From: Bacteroidota bacterium
Lineage (GTDB): Bacteria; Bacteroidota; Bacteroidia; Chitinophagales; JADIYW01
Direction of reading: 5' to 3'
NCBI GenBank assembly: GCA_039797705.1
Contig: JBDKHK010000035.1
Coordinates: 1-62,431, forward strand
DNA length: 62,431 nt
Position 1 is the first letter of the stretch; each line of letters begins with the position of its first letter. Positions 16,710 to 26,911 of this stretch are shown here, in pieces. Made by a program: the position numbers and the translations under genes. The notes below the pieces were generated by a model. It was not told where the DNA came from and made no database searches. It saw only the letters and a list, made by a program, of their open reading frames with translations.

Positions 16710-18305
16710 CTATAAGGTTGTTGCTTCTGCAACTTTTGCATGATGATCGTAATCAGTAGTATAATGCAATCCACGACTTTCCTTTCGCAACATAGCACTT
16801 CGTGTAATCAGATAGCCGATTGTAATCATGTTTCGCAATTCTAATAATTGAGGCGAAATGGTGGTAGTATCGTATAATTCTTCAGTTTCTTTAAATAGTA
16901 AATACAATCGCTCTTGCGCCCGTTTCAAACGCCCATTGTTGCGCACAATACCAACATAATTACTCATAATATCTTTTAACTCTCGGATGCTTTGAGTGAT
17001 GATAACCATTTCCTTTGGATGTGTTGTTCCATCTGCATTCCATTCAGGAAATTTCTCATCAGGAAATTGGATAGATGGCAACAGATGGCAAACATCTTCG
17101 TGAATGCGATGGGCAAATACAACGGCTTCCAACAGGGAATTACTTGCCAAACGATTGGCACCGTGCAAGCCGGTATTGCTACATTCTCCACAAGCGTATA
17201 AATTTTTTATGGAAGTTCTGCCATATTCATCTACGTCAATACCGCCACAAGCATAATGTGCTGCGGGCACTACCGGAATCATATCTTTGAACACATCAAT
17301 TCCAATAGATTTACATTTCTCATAAATATTGGGAAAATGATGTAAGAAATTATCTTTATCCATGTGGCGGCAATCCAAGTACATGTGATCATCGCCACTC
17401 TTTTTCATTTCATTGTCTATGGCACGTGCTACAATATCACGAGGGGCAAGAGAGCCTCGTTTGTCGTAATTTGCCATTAAATCATCTCCATTTTTGGTGC
17501 GCAAAATAGCGCCGTCGCCACGCACTGCTTCTGTTATTAAAAAATTTGGACTTACGCCCGGCTCGTATAAAGCTGTCGGGTGAAATTGAACAAATTCCAT
17601 ATTGCCCACTCTTCCTTTTGCTCGATATACCATCGCCACACCATCGCCAGTTGCAATATTTGGATTGGTGGTAGCGCGATAAACTTGACCAAATCCACCA
17701 GTAGCTAATAACACTATTTTACTTTCAATTTTTTCAATTTGATTGGTCTCGCGGTTTAATACATACGCACCATAGCATTGAATATTTGGCGTAACACGTG
17801 TAATGATTCTTCCAAAATGATGCTGTGTAATTAAATCTATAACAAAATGATGTTGGGATATTTCGATGTTTTTGGTTTGATGTACTTTTTCTAATAAAGC
17901 ACGCTCAATCTCCCAGCCAGTAATGTCTTTATAGTGCAATACTCTAAATTCTGAGTGACCCCCTTCTTTTCCTAATTTATAATCGCCCGCATCTCCTTTG
18001 TCAAAATTGGTTCCCCAATTAATGAGTTCATCTACACGCTGTCTGCCTTCACGAACGACAATATCTACTATTTTTTCATCGCACAATCCATCTCCTGCAA
18101 TTAGGGTGTCTTGGATATGTTTTTCAAAATTATCTTTTTCAAAATCGGTTACAACGGCAATACCGCCTTGCGCATATTTAGTATTACATTCATCTTCGTT
18201 CGCTTTGGTAAGGATAAGAATTTTTTTATCTGGAAATCGTTGTGCTGTTTTCAAGGCAAAACTCAATCCTGCTATGCCTGAGCCAATAACTAAAATATCT
18301 GTCAT
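16710..18305 (-). CDS. nadB: L-aspartate oxidase
   Basis: N-terminal FAD fold VIGSGIAGLS; QGGIA; HPTAL; EAVRGDGAIL; ACGECSNTGLHGANRLASNSLLE; C-terminal ESRGLHY. Confidence 0.92.
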   Translation of the reverse strand: MTDILVIGSGIAGLSFALKTAQRFPDKKILILTKANEDECNTKYAQGGIAVVTDFEKDNFEKHIQDTLIAGDGLCDEKIVDIVVREGRQRVDELINWGTNFDKGDAGDYKLGKEGGHSEFRVLHYKDITGWEIERALLEKVHQTKNIEISQHHFVIDLITQHHFGRIITRVTPNIQCYGAYVLNRETNQIEKIESKIVLLATGGFGQVYRATTNPNIATGDGVAMVYRAKGRVGNMEFVQFHPTALYEPGVSPNFLITEAVRGDGAILRTKNGDDLMANYDKRGSLAPRDIVARAIDNEMKKSGDDHMYLDCRHMDKDNFLHHFPNIYEKCKSIGIDVFKDMIPVVPAAHYACGGIDVDEYGRTSIKNLYACGECSNTGLHGANRLASNSLLEAVVFAHRIHEDVCHLLPSIQFPDEKFPEWNADGTTHPKEMVIITQSIRELKDIMSNYVGIVRNNGRLKRAQERLYLLFKETEELYDTTTISPQLLELRNMITIGYLITRSAMLRKESRGLHYTTDYDHHAKVAEATTL

Positions 18306-18363
18306 GGTGCAAATTTAGTATTTAGTAGTGAGTAATAAGTAATTAGATGAATGAATTTTCAAC

Positions 18364-18371
18364 TACATTTG
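18364..18371 (+). promoter_or_regulatory. -7 promoter box (TAnnTTTG)
   Basis: TACATTTG lies 22 nt upstream of the deoC ATG. Confidence 0.35.
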
Positions 18372-18393
18372 TATATATAAATCATTTTGGATT

Positions 18394-19053
18394 ATGCAAC
18401 TCTCAAAATATATTGACCACACTTTATTAAAAGCGACGGCAACAGAAGCAGACATTATTCAACTTTGTAAGGAGGCAATAGAATATGATTTTTATGCTGT
18501 TTGTGTGAATAGTTGCTATGTAACATTCTGCAAAAATTTATTGCAAGATAGTACTATAAAAATTGCTAGTGTGGTTGGTTTCCCTTTGGGGGCAATGCAG
18601 ACGGACTCAAAAATTTTTGAAGCTACACAAGCCATCAAAAACGGTGCAGATGAAATTGATATGGTTATCAATATCGGGTTATTAAAAAGTGAAAAATATG
18701 ATTTAGTAGAACAAGAAATTAAACAAATAAAAGAAGCGATTGGAAACAAAATTTTGAAAGTAATTATTGAAACTTGTTACTTGACAGATGAAGAGAAAAA
18801 AATCGCTACTCGATTAACCATAAATGCAGGAGCCGATTTTGTAAAAACTTCTACCGGATTTGGAACAGGTGGTGCTACTTTAGAAGATATTGCATTGATG
18901 AAATCTATTACTTCAAACAATATACAAATAAAAGCAAGTGGAGGTATTCGCAATTTTGCAAGTGCCCAACAATATATTGACTTAGGCGTAACAAGAATTG
19001 GAACCAGCAACGGCATTGCTATCCTAAATGGTAAAACTGCCGATGGTTATTGA
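18394..19053 (+). CDS. deoC: Deoxyribose-phosphate aldolase
   Basis: IDHTLLK; ADEIDMVINIG; KVIIETCYL; the Schiff-base Lys context DFVKTSTGF; KASGGIR. Confidence 0.9.
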   Translation: MQLSKYIDHTLLKATATEADIIQLCKEAIEYDFYAVCVNSCYVTFCKNLLQDSTIKIASVVGFPLGAMQTDSKIFEATQAIKNGADEIDMVINIGLLKSEKYDLVEQEIKQIKEAIGNKILKVIIETCYLTDEEKKIATRLTINAGADFVKTSTGFGTGGATLEDIALMKSITSNNIQIKASGGIRNFASAQQYIDLGVTRIGTSNGIAILNGKTADGY

Positions 19054-19109
19054 TAAGTAAGCGTATTCTTAGCAGCTCTTGGGCAGTGTAATCGAAAACA
19101 AATTGAACA

Positions 19110-19139
19110 AAATATTTGGATATTAATATCCAAATATTT
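19110..19139. terminator. Perfect 30-nt AT-rich palindrome between convergent deoC and the M16 peptidase gene (putative bidirectional terminator)
   Basis: The palindrome is aaatatttggata-ttaa-tatccaaatattt. Its right arm is the last 5 codons plus the stop of the minus-strand peptidase gene. Confidence 0.45.
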
Positions 19140-22071
19140 CTTCTAAAGTGTATTTTCGGACCTTTCCATATTTTTCCAATTCATTCCATTTTATTTTTTT
19201 ATCATCTCCAATTAAACAAATACTATAAGGTTTTTTGGAGAAAGATTTTTGATGAAATGCATTTAAATCATTGAACGTGAATTTATCTAATAATTGATAA
19301 GTTTTTTCTCGTGTATCGTAATTGATGCCGTATCGTTGGGCGGTTAAATATGTAAATAATATTTGTTGTTTTAAGATGCGAGAAGTAGAATAATTATTTT
19401 TTAAAGCATTTTTAGTTATTTCAAATAATTTCTCTGAATAAGGCAAAGTGTCTAATAGTTCCTGCATCCCGATAATGGCATCATTCATTTTGTCTGCTTG
19501 GCAACCAATGTATGCTTTTATATTATTCGGTTCGCCCTTTTTGTAAGCAATTCCATAATTAGCGAAAGTAGAATAAGCTAATGCTTTAGATTCTCGGATT
19601 GTTTGGAATACGACTCCTGACATTCCTCCTCCGTAATACTCATTGAATAAATTAATGATTGGAATATTGACTACATTAAAATTATCTGAATTTCTATTCC
19701 ATGTAATTTCTGTTTGCACCATATCGTAATTGGCAAAATTTATTTCTTTCGTAGTTGTTTTTCGGAATGAAAATGGATATGAATCAGGAAGTACACGAGT
19801 GGGGAGCACTCCTTTGTGGCGAACGGAAAGAATGGATAAAAGTTCTTGTTTATTTAATGGCCCGTAATACAGAATTTTATGTGGATATTTTGTGAGGTTT
19901 TTCACCATTTTCACCAATTCTTCCGCTCTTAATTCTTTTAATTCCTTATCAGAAAGTTGGTAGTTAAAAGGGTTTTTGGTGCCATACGTTGAAATATAAG
20001 ACAATCCTTTCATAATCGCATATTTGTTGGATTTTTCGTTGTTTCTGGACTGGATATAATCATTAATAAAAGCTACTAATTTGTTTTGATCGGGTTGGCA
20101 ATTTAATAGTAGGTTTTCTATTAAATCAAGTGATTTTATAAAGTTATCATTTAATCCATCTATTTGAATATAGGTGGAACGTTGACCACTATTTGTTGTG
20201 AAATTTGTAGCTAGTTTATAAAATTCTTTATTTATTTCTTCTGAAGAATAACGATCAGTCCCTAGGTATTTCAGGTACTCTAGGGCAATGGGTAGTTTTT
20301 TTAGATTATTGCTACCCATATCAAAATAACAATATAAAGAGAAGAGTTGATTGTTTTTATTTGGTGTAACAAATACGGGTACTTTATTCAACATTCCTTT
20401 GTCTATATCTTTTTGAAAGTTTAAGAATACTGGTTTTATTTCCGCTGGTTTCATGCTTGCGATTTGTTGTACGAAGCCAGATTGTGCATTTCTGTTTACT
20501 TCTACTTCATGGATAAGTGGTTTGTTTACTTTTATTACCGTGGTGTCTTTTCCGGCTTTTTTATAAACAACAACATAATTATTGAGAAACCATTTATTGG
20601 CAAAAGCTATAATATCTCCTTTATTATAATTTTTAATTTCATTGTAAAAATCTAAATCGTCTTTCCAGCTTACGTCTTTAATAAAATCATCTAACAAAGC
20701 GTTGGCTCTATCTTGATTTTTTTCCATGTTTTGCATTTGTTCTTTTTCAAAATTATTCTTCACCGCCTGCAATAAGCTTTCATCAAAATTTCCTTTTTTA
20801 ATATTTTCAATTTGCTGTAATAAAAGGGTTTTTACTTCTGCCAGTGTCTGTCCTTCTTTGGGCTTGGCATCCATTTCATAGATGCTGTAATCTTTCATGG
20901 ATTGAACATAGCCTGTTGCTTCTAATACTTTTTGTTTTTTTACTAAATTAATATCTATCAAGCCTGCAGTTCCATTGGCTAAAAGTCTGTCTGTAACTTG
21001 CAATAATCCGGTTTCTTTAGAGTTTTCGCCAGGCATACGAAATGCTAAGCTTACCCATTCATCCTTGGGGCCTATTACTGTTTTTTCTATCGGCGCAGTG
21101 ATGTCGGCTTCTTTGGGCCCGACATAAGGAGGAACTATTTTGGATTCAAATTTTCCGAATTGTTCGTCCACCAAAGCGATGACAGAATCAGGATTATAAT
21201 CGCCCACTAACACCATGCACATATTGTTAGGCACATAATAGGTATCGTAATATTTTCGTATTTCTTTTAAAGAGGGATTTTTTAAATGTTCAATAGTACC
21301 AATGGTAGTTTGTTGGCCATAATTGTGTGTTGGAAATAAACTTGCCATCAATACTTCATTTACTTTCCATTCATCATTGTCCAAAGAGCGATTTTTTTCT
21401 TCATAAACGGCTTCTAATTCTGTATGAAACAATCGAAATACTGGATAGCGAAAGCGTTCTGATTCTATTGTTAGCCAGCGTTCTATTTGGTTGGTTGGAA
21501 TGTCGTTTACATATACAGTTTGTTCTACCCATGTAAAAGCATTGGTTCCTTTTGCTCCAATGGTGCTCATCATTTTGTCGTATTCATTAGCGATAGAAAA
21601 TTTTGCCGCAACGCCACTTACGGAGTCTATTTTTGCATAAATTAATGTTCGTTGTGTTTCATCTGTTGTGGAATTATATTGTTCATATAAATCATCAATT
21701 TTATCTATCAATGGTTTTTCTTTATTCCAATCTAAAGTGCCGAATTTATCGGTTCCTTTGAATAACATGTGCTCTAAATAATGCGCCAGTCCGGTATGAT
21801 TGGCGGGGTCCGTATTGCTCCCTGCTTTTGTAGCAATCATAGTTTGCAAACGTGGTTCATCTTTATTGACACTCATAATAACGGTGAATCCATTTTTTAA
21901 TGTATAAAAACGAACTTTATATGGATCATTCGTGATATATCTATAAGCATATTTGCCACTATTATCTGTTTGCCACTCATGCGATGCGGCTGAAGCGATG
22001 GATTGTATTGCTAATAAAGCACAAAAAATGCTAAGAATTTTTTTCATATCATTTATTTTATTAAAATTCAA
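19123..22071 (-). CDS. M16-family (insulinase/pitrilysin-like) zinc peptidase, secreted
   Basis: 982 aa with a signal peptide and the inverted zinc motif HxxEH (HYLEHMLFKGT). The two-lobed length is typical of Bacteroidota M16 proteins. Confidence 0.85.
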   Translation of the reverse strand: MNFNKINDMKKILSIFCALLAIQSIASAASHEWQTDNSGKYAYRYITNDPYKVRFYTLKNGFTVIMSVNKDEPRLQTMIATKAGSNTDPANHTGLAHYLEHMLFKGTDKFGTLDWNKEKPLIDKIDDLYEQYNSTTDETQRTLIYAKIDSVSGVAAKFSIANEYDKMMSTIGAKGTNAFTWVEQTVYVNDIPTNQIERWLTIESERFRYPVFRLFHTELEAVYEEKNRSLDNDEWKVNEVLMASLFPTHNYGQQTTIGTIEHLKNPSLKEIRKYYDTYYVPNNMCMVLVGDYNPDSVIALVDEQFGKFESKIVPPYVGPKEADITAPIEKTVIGPKDEWVSLAFRMPGENSKETGLLQVTDRLLANGTAGLIDINLVKKQKVLEATGYVQSMKDYSIYEMDAKPKEGQTLAEVKTLLLQQIENIKKGNFDESLLQAVKNNFEKEQMQNMEKNQDRANALLDDFIKDVSWKDDLDFYNEIKNYNKGDIIAFANKWFLNNYVVVYKKAGKDTTVIKVNKPLIHEVEVNRNAQSGFVQQIASMKPAEIKPVFLNFQKDIDKGMLNKVPVFVTPNKNNQLFSLYCYFDMGSNNLKKLPIALEYLKYLGTDRYSSEEINKEFYKLATNFTTNSGQRSTYIQIDGLNDNFIKSLDLIENLLLNCQPDQNKLVAFINDYIQSRNNEKSNKYAIMKGLSYISTYGTKNPFNYQLSDKELKELRAEELVKMVKNLTKYPHKILYYGPLNKQELLSILSVRHKGVLPTRVLPDSYPFSFRKTTTKEINFANYDMVQTEITWNRNSDNFNVVNIPIINLFNEYYGGGMSGVVFQTIRESKALAYSTFANYGIAYKKGEPNNIKAYIGCQADKMNDAIIGMQELLDTLPYSEKLFEITKNALKNNYSTSRILKQQILFTYLTAQRYGINYDTREKTYQLLDKFTFNDLNAFHQKSFSKKPYSICLIGDDKKIKWNELEKYGKVRKYTLEEIFGY

Positions 22072-22113
22072 AAATTATTTTCTAAAAGTAAAGAAATTCA
22101 TGGAATTACCGTG

Positions 22114-23301
22114 TTATTTTAGAATTTCTACTTGATTTTCTTTATCGGCTATAATTTGAGGGGTCCCTTTAAATTCACCTATTTTTCCTTTTATACAAAT
22201 TGTTTTTCCTTGCAAATATTCTTCTGGTTTATAGGAGAAATTTTCTCTGTCTTGTCCAAAAATCATAATAGTAAAGGTTTGTTCTGGATATTTTTTATCT
22301 AAATTAATATAAGTAGGGTTGCTTTTTCCGTTTTCTACATACTTTGTGCTCACTACTTTGCCACATACACAGGTTTCTTTTCCAATATAATCTTTTGCTT
22401 GAAGGGAATTTATTTTCCCCTTCCCATAGTTTTCAAAAAAACGTGTTTCCTCTTTCTGTTGTTTTAAAAAAGTAGTATCAAAATCGGCTATGTTTTTCAT
22501 GGCTTCCAGTTTGTTTTCTAAGCTATCCGGAAGGTTTGGGAAAAAATCAATACCTGTTAGTTTTTCAATGCTATCAATCGAAACGGAGTGTTTTTCTAAT
22601 TCAAATGGAACGTCTTTATTTGGATATAAGAATGCAATGGCCTTATATTCGGGTGGGTAATAATCTAATACGATTTTATAGATATATGCAGGAATAGAGA
22701 CTTTAAAAGAGCCTTGTTGAATTTTTGGTAAGCTATCGTTTAATACAGGTCCGGTAACAACGATTAATTCGGAATTATCTATCGCCCATTCGCGTACTTT
22801 CATTTCCAATCTGTTCCACGTTTTTTGATTGAGTCCAGGGTTTTGAGGAATAATATTGGAATAATAGTAGGATTCACTTAGTGCTGGTTTGCTCCATTTA
22901 AAATCAGCCGAGGCCGCCATGTGTCCTCTGTCGTAGCCACTGTTCCAATAGTCTGCAGAGTCAGACATATTAGAGGTTATTTTCGGATCAACACGAAAGT
23001 CGTTCGTGCGTGTTTGGTTTCCGTATAAAATATCTTTTGGAATAACGTGTACCACATAATTAGGTACTCGATGTTGGGGATTATAACTGGAAATGAAAGC
23101 AAGGTGTTTGGTTAATTGTTCTCCAGGAATGGGCGCAGCAATTCCTACTGAGTCCAATAATTTTTCAATGTATAGAAGCTTCGAGTGTTCTAGATCTTTT
23201 ATTGCATCCTCTTGAGAATTAATAGTTGAAAAATATTGAGCAAATCCTATAATAGGACACAGTAAAAATACCCATATAAACTGTTTGCTTGCTCTAATCA
23301 T
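22114..23301 (-). CDS. Secreted DNA/RNA non-specific endonuclease (NucA/EndoG family) with an extra C-terminal beta-rich domain
   Basis: Signal peptide and the beta-beta-alpha-Me active site DRGHMAA. The last ~100 aa (GKETCVCGKVVSTKYVENGK...KGKIGEFKGTPQI) look OB-fold-like. Confidence 0.8.
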   Translation of the reverse strand: MIRASKQFIWVFLLCPIIGFAQYFSTINSQEDAIKDLEHSKLLYIEKLLDSVGIAAPIPGEQLTKHLAFISSYNPQHRVPNYVVHVIPKDILYGNQTRTNDFRVDPKITSNMSDSADYWNSGYDRGHMAASADFKWSKPALSESYYYSNIIPQNPGLNQKTWNRLEMKVREWAIDNSELIVVTGPVLNDSLPKIQQGSFKVSIPAYIYKIVLDYYPPEYKAIAFLYPNKDVPFELEKHSVSIDSIEKLTGIDFFPNLPDSLENKLEAMKNIADFDTTFLKQQKEETRFFENYGKGKINSLQAKDYIGKETCVCGKVVSTKYVENGKSNPTYINLDKKYPEQTFTIMIFGQDRENFSYKPEEYLQGKTICIKGKIGEFKGTPQIIADKENQVEILK

Positions 23302-23317
23302 CTTGTAAAGATAAAAT

Positions 23318-23350
23318 AAAAAACGAGCCGTTTTTAGCAGCTCGTTTTTT
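23318..23350 (-). terminator. Rho-independent terminator after the acyl-CoA ligase genes
   Basis: Stem aaaacgagc (23320-23328) with gctcgtttt (23340-23348), an 11-nt loop, and flanking A and T runs. It lies between the ligase stop (23368) and the nuclease start (23301). Confidence 0.6.
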
Positions 23351-23367
23351 GATAGGGATTGTTTTTT

Positions 23368-25131
23368 TTAATCGTTATAGATAGCATCTATCTCTTTGCT
23401 GTATTTTTCGTTAATTACTTTGCGCTTTAACTTCATAGTGGGTGTTAATTCACTAGTTTCCGGAGTCCATTCGCTTGTTAGTAATTTGAATTTTTTAATT
23501 TGTTCAATATGACTAAAATTTGGGTTTGTTTCGTCCACAATGCTTTGGAATTTAGCAATTACTTTTGGATTCACCACCAAATCTGCTCTATCTTTAAAGG
23601 TTACTCCATGCTCAGTTGCCCATTGCTCTAAAGTTGGAAAAGTAGGAACTATCAGTGCTGAAACGAATTTTTTGCTTTCGCCTACTACCATAATTTGTTC
23701 TACGAAGAAGTTTTCGCGGAACATGCTTTCTATTGGTGCTGGAGCAACATATTTACCGCCAGATGTTTTTAATAATTCTTTCTTACGGTCTGTTATTTTC
23801 AAAAATTTATTACCAGCATGATTAGTTACAAAAGTACCTACGTCACCCGTACTGAACCAACCGTCTTCTGTTAATACTTCTAGTGTTTTTTCGGGTTCTT
23901 TGTAATATCCCATCATAATATTGGGACCTTTTGCCAAAATCTCTCCGTCTTCAGCAATTTTAACTTCTACATCTTTGATAGGCATACCTACTGTTCCTAA
24001 CATTGCTCCTCCTTCTGCAAATCGGTTAAATGTAATTACTGGAGAAGTTTCTGTCAGTCCATATCCTTCGCGAATTGGAATACCAGCAGCAGAGAATACA
24101 CGAGCCATTTTTAATGGGCAAGCGGCAGAACCCGTTACGATTCCCATGATTCTACCTCCTAATCCTTCTCTCCATTTGGAAAAAATTAATTTATCTGCAA
24201 TTTTGAACATGAAAGATGGCTTTTGGTCGTAATCGTATTGATCTGCCATTTCCAATGCCCAAAAGAATAGTTTCTTTTTAATTCCTGTTAATGCCAATCC
24301 TTTATTTACGATGCCTTCATATACTTTTTCCAATAATCTTGGTACAGTGGTGAAAAAGTGTGGACGCACTGTGCCTAATTTATCTTTTAAGGTGTCAATA
24401 TCTGAATAATAAACATTTACACCAGCATATTGATAGGTGTAAATGACCATTCGTTCGAAAATATGACAAAGTGGTAAAAAGCTTAATGAAACATGTCCGG
24501 CTTCCACGGGCAGTTCGGCACGAACGGTAACTACATTAGACATAATATTGCTATGTGATAACATTACTCCTTTTGGGGTTCCAGTTGTTCCGGAGGTGTA
24601 TATTAATGTAGCTAATGAATCTGGAGTGATTGTATCAGAAATTGCTTTTATTTGAGCCACATCTCCACCTTCTCCTAATTTTATGATTTCTTCATAATTT
24701 TTTGCTCCTTCTATTTCATCAAACGTATAGATGTCTATTAACCCAGGAACAGTTGCTTTCAGGTTTTTTACTTTTTCATACAATTTCGCATCTGAAACAA
24801 TACATATTCTTGCTTCTGAGTGATTAAGAATATACTCATAATCTTTGGTGCTGATAGTTGGATATAATGGAACATTGATAGCTCCAATTTGACCAATTCC
24901 TTGGTCGCAGATATTCCATTCTGTTCGATTGGCAGAGGTGACAACAGCAACTTTGTCTCCCTTTTGAATGCCGAGTTTTAATAATCCTAAACTTAAATTA
25001 TTAGAAAGCGTTATCAATTCGTCTGTACTGGCTTTCCACCATTCACCGTTTTTTATACTGGCAATGGCCACTTGCTGTGGGTGTTTTTCTTTTTGATAAT
25101 GTAATACATCAAATAATCTTGTAACTTCCAT
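23368..25131 (-). CDS. Long-chain fatty-acid--CoA ligase (AMP-dependent synthetase), copy 1
   Basis: AMP-binding motif IYTSGTTGTPKGVMLSH; GYGLTETSP; TGDVG; C-terminal TPTMKLKR. Confidence 0.85.
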   Translation of the reverse strand: MEVTRLFDVLHYQKEKHPQQVAIASIKNGEWWKASTDELITLSNNLSLGLLKLGIQKGDKVAVVTSANRTEWNICDQGIGQIGAINVPLYPTISTKDYEYILNHSEARICIVSDAKLYEKVKNLKATVPGLIDIYTFDEIEGAKNYEEIIKLGEGGDVAQIKAISDTITPDSLATLIYTSGTTGTPKGVMLSHSNIMSNVVTVRAELPVEAGHVSLSFLPLCHIFERMVIYTYQYAGVNVYYSDIDTLKDKLGTVRPHFFTTVPRLLEKVYEGIVNKGLALTGIKKKLFFWALEMADQYDYDQKPSFMFKIADKLIFSKWREGLGGRIMGIVTGSAACPLKMARVFSAAGIPIREGYGLTETSPVITFNRFAEGGAMLGTVGMPIKDVEVKIAEDGEILAKGPNIMMGYYKEPEKTLEVLTEDGWFSTGDVGTFVTNHAGNKFLKITDRKKELLKTSGGKYVAPAPIESMFRENFFVEQIMVVGESKKFVSALIVPTFPTLEQWATEHGVTFKDRADLVVNPKVIAKFQSIVDETNPNFSHIEQIKKFKLLTSEWTPETSELTPTMKLKRKVINEKYSKEIDAIYND

Positions 25132-25138
25132 TTCTTTC

Positions 25139-26911
25139 TTACTTTTTATGATAAATTGAGTCTATTTGTTTAATATATTTTTCCTTAATAACTTTTCTAC
25201 GAAGTTTTAAAGTAGCAGTTAACATCCCATTTTCTACAGTCCATTCATCGTTCAATAATTCTATCTGCTTTACCTGTTCCACTTTGCCAAAGTTAACATT
25301 TAATTCTATAATTATATCTTTGAATAACTGTTTTATCTCTTGTTTAGCTATTAAAGCATCATTGGTAGTTTCGCTTATGCCATTCTTAAAACACCATTCT
25401 TTTAAATTATCAAAATTAGGTATTATAAAAGCTGAAATAAATTTCTCGCCATCACCCACCAGGGCAACTTGGTCGATATAAATAGATTCTTTTAATTTAT
25501 TTTCAATGGGTGATGGTGCTACATATTTTCCGCCAGATGTTTTGAAAAGTTCTTTTTTACGGTCGGTAATTTTTAGGAAACCATCTTCCGTAAATTTGCC
25601 TATATCGCCTGTTAATAGCCATCCTTCATTATTAAATACTTTTTGGGTTTCTTCTATATTTTTATAATAACCCATCATTACATTAGGCGCTTTCACGAGT
25701 ATTTCTCCGTCTTCTTCTATTTTTATTTGTACGCTTGGTAATGGTTTTCCTACGCTACCTGCACGAAAATCTGCTGTACGTAAGGGTACTACACTTACAA
25801 CGGGCGAACATTCGGTAAGTCCGTAGCCCTCCAATACAGGTATTTGGGCATTGGTGAAAATAGTTGCCAGTCTTGGTTGAAGCGGAGCAGAGCCACAAAT
25901 AATAGCCTTAATTCTTCCGCCCAAGGCCTCTCTCCATTTGCTAAATACTAATTTATTGGCTAAAGCTAAATTGATAGATTGGATTGGATTTTTAGGTTTT
26001 CCTAATTCTATATTCTGCGCCTGCTGTATCGACCAAAAGAAAAGTTGTTTTTTTATGCCAGTTAAAGCCAGTCCCTTTTTGATGATTTTTTCATAAACGC
26101 GCTCTAATAACCTTGGAACGGTTGCAAAATAATGAGGCCTTATATCTTGTAAATGTTCAGAAATGGTTTCTAGTCCATCCGCAAAATAAACAGAAACGCC
26201 TGCGGCAAAATAGACATAATTTATAGTGCGTTCAAACACGTGACTTAAGGGCAAAAAACTTAATACAATTTCTCTTGGTTGCAATGGAATGACCATCAAA
26301 CAGTCTTTTACATTGGTAACTATATTTTGATGGGAAAGCATTACTCCCTTTGGAATACCCGTCGTTCCCGAAGTATAAATGATAGTAGCCAAATCCGTTG
26401 GCAAAATTGATTGTTTTATAGTATTTAATTTCTGTTGAAACTCGATTTCATCTGTCAATAATTCTTTCCAATTCGTTACATTATCTACCACATCAAAACT
26501 ATATACCCCTTTCAGGCTTGGGATATTTGGAATTATTTGAGATATTTTTCGATACATTAATTTATCCGAAACAAAAACATACTTTATCTCTGCATGATTG
26601 AAAATAAACTCATATTCTTTGCTGCTGATGGTAGGATAAACAGGAATATCCACTACTCCGATTTGCAAACAAGCCAAATCTGTAAAATGCCATTCCGGAC
26701 GGTTGGAAGTCGAGATAATAGCAACGGTATCTCCTTTTTGTAATCCTAATTTTAAGAGCCCTTGACTGAGTTGATTAGCAGTAGCAACAAAATCCTGTGT
26801 GGAATAATGTGTCCATTCTTTTTTGTCTTCTCTTCTGGATAAGCATTTATCCAGCGGAGCAACACTTAACTGATTTTCTATTATATCAAAAATTCGGGTA
26901 TAGGACACCAT
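25139..26911 (-). CDS. Long-chain fatty-acid--CoA ligase (AMP-dependent synthetase), copy 2 (tandem paralog)
   Basis: IYTSGTTGIPKGVMLSH; GYGLTECSP; TGDIG; TATLKLRR. By eye it is collinear with the adjacent gene at about half identity. A 7-nt spacer separates them. Confidence 0.85.
   Translation of the reverse strand: MVSYTRIFDIIENQLSVAPLDKCLSRREDKKEWTHYSTQDFVATANQLSQGLLKLGLQKGDTVAIISTSNRPEWHFTDLACLQIGVVDIPVYPTISSKEYEFIFNHAEIKYVFVSDKLMYRKISQIIPNIPSLKGVYSFDVVDNVTNWKELLTDEIEFQQKLNTIKQSILPTDLATIIYTSGTTGIPKGVMLSHQNIVTNVKDCLMVIPLQPREIVLSFLPLSHVFERTINYVYFAAGVSVYFADGLETISEHLQDIRPHYFATVPRLLERVYEKIIKKGLALTGIKKQLFFWSIQQAQNIELGKPKNPIQSINLALANKLVFSKWREALGGRIKAIICGSAPLQPRLATIFTNAQIPVLEGYGLTECSPVVSVVPLRTADFRAGSVGKPLPSVQIKIEEDGEILVKAPNVMMGYYKNIEETQKVFNNEGWLLTGDIGKFTEDGFLKITDRKKELFKTSGGKYVAPSPIENKLKESIYIDQVALVGDGEKFISAFIIPNFDNLKEWCFKNGISETTNDALIAKQEIKQLFKDIIIELNVNFGKVEQVKQIELLNDEWTVENGMLTATLKLRRKVIKEKYIKQIDSIYHKK

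Noticed and set aside
19123-23301. The secreted nuclease plus the M16 peptidase as a toxin/effector pair.
   Set aside because: Both have ordinary Sec signal peptides and look like nutrient-scavenging exoenzymes. There is no immunity-like small ORF and no secretion-system marker adjacent.
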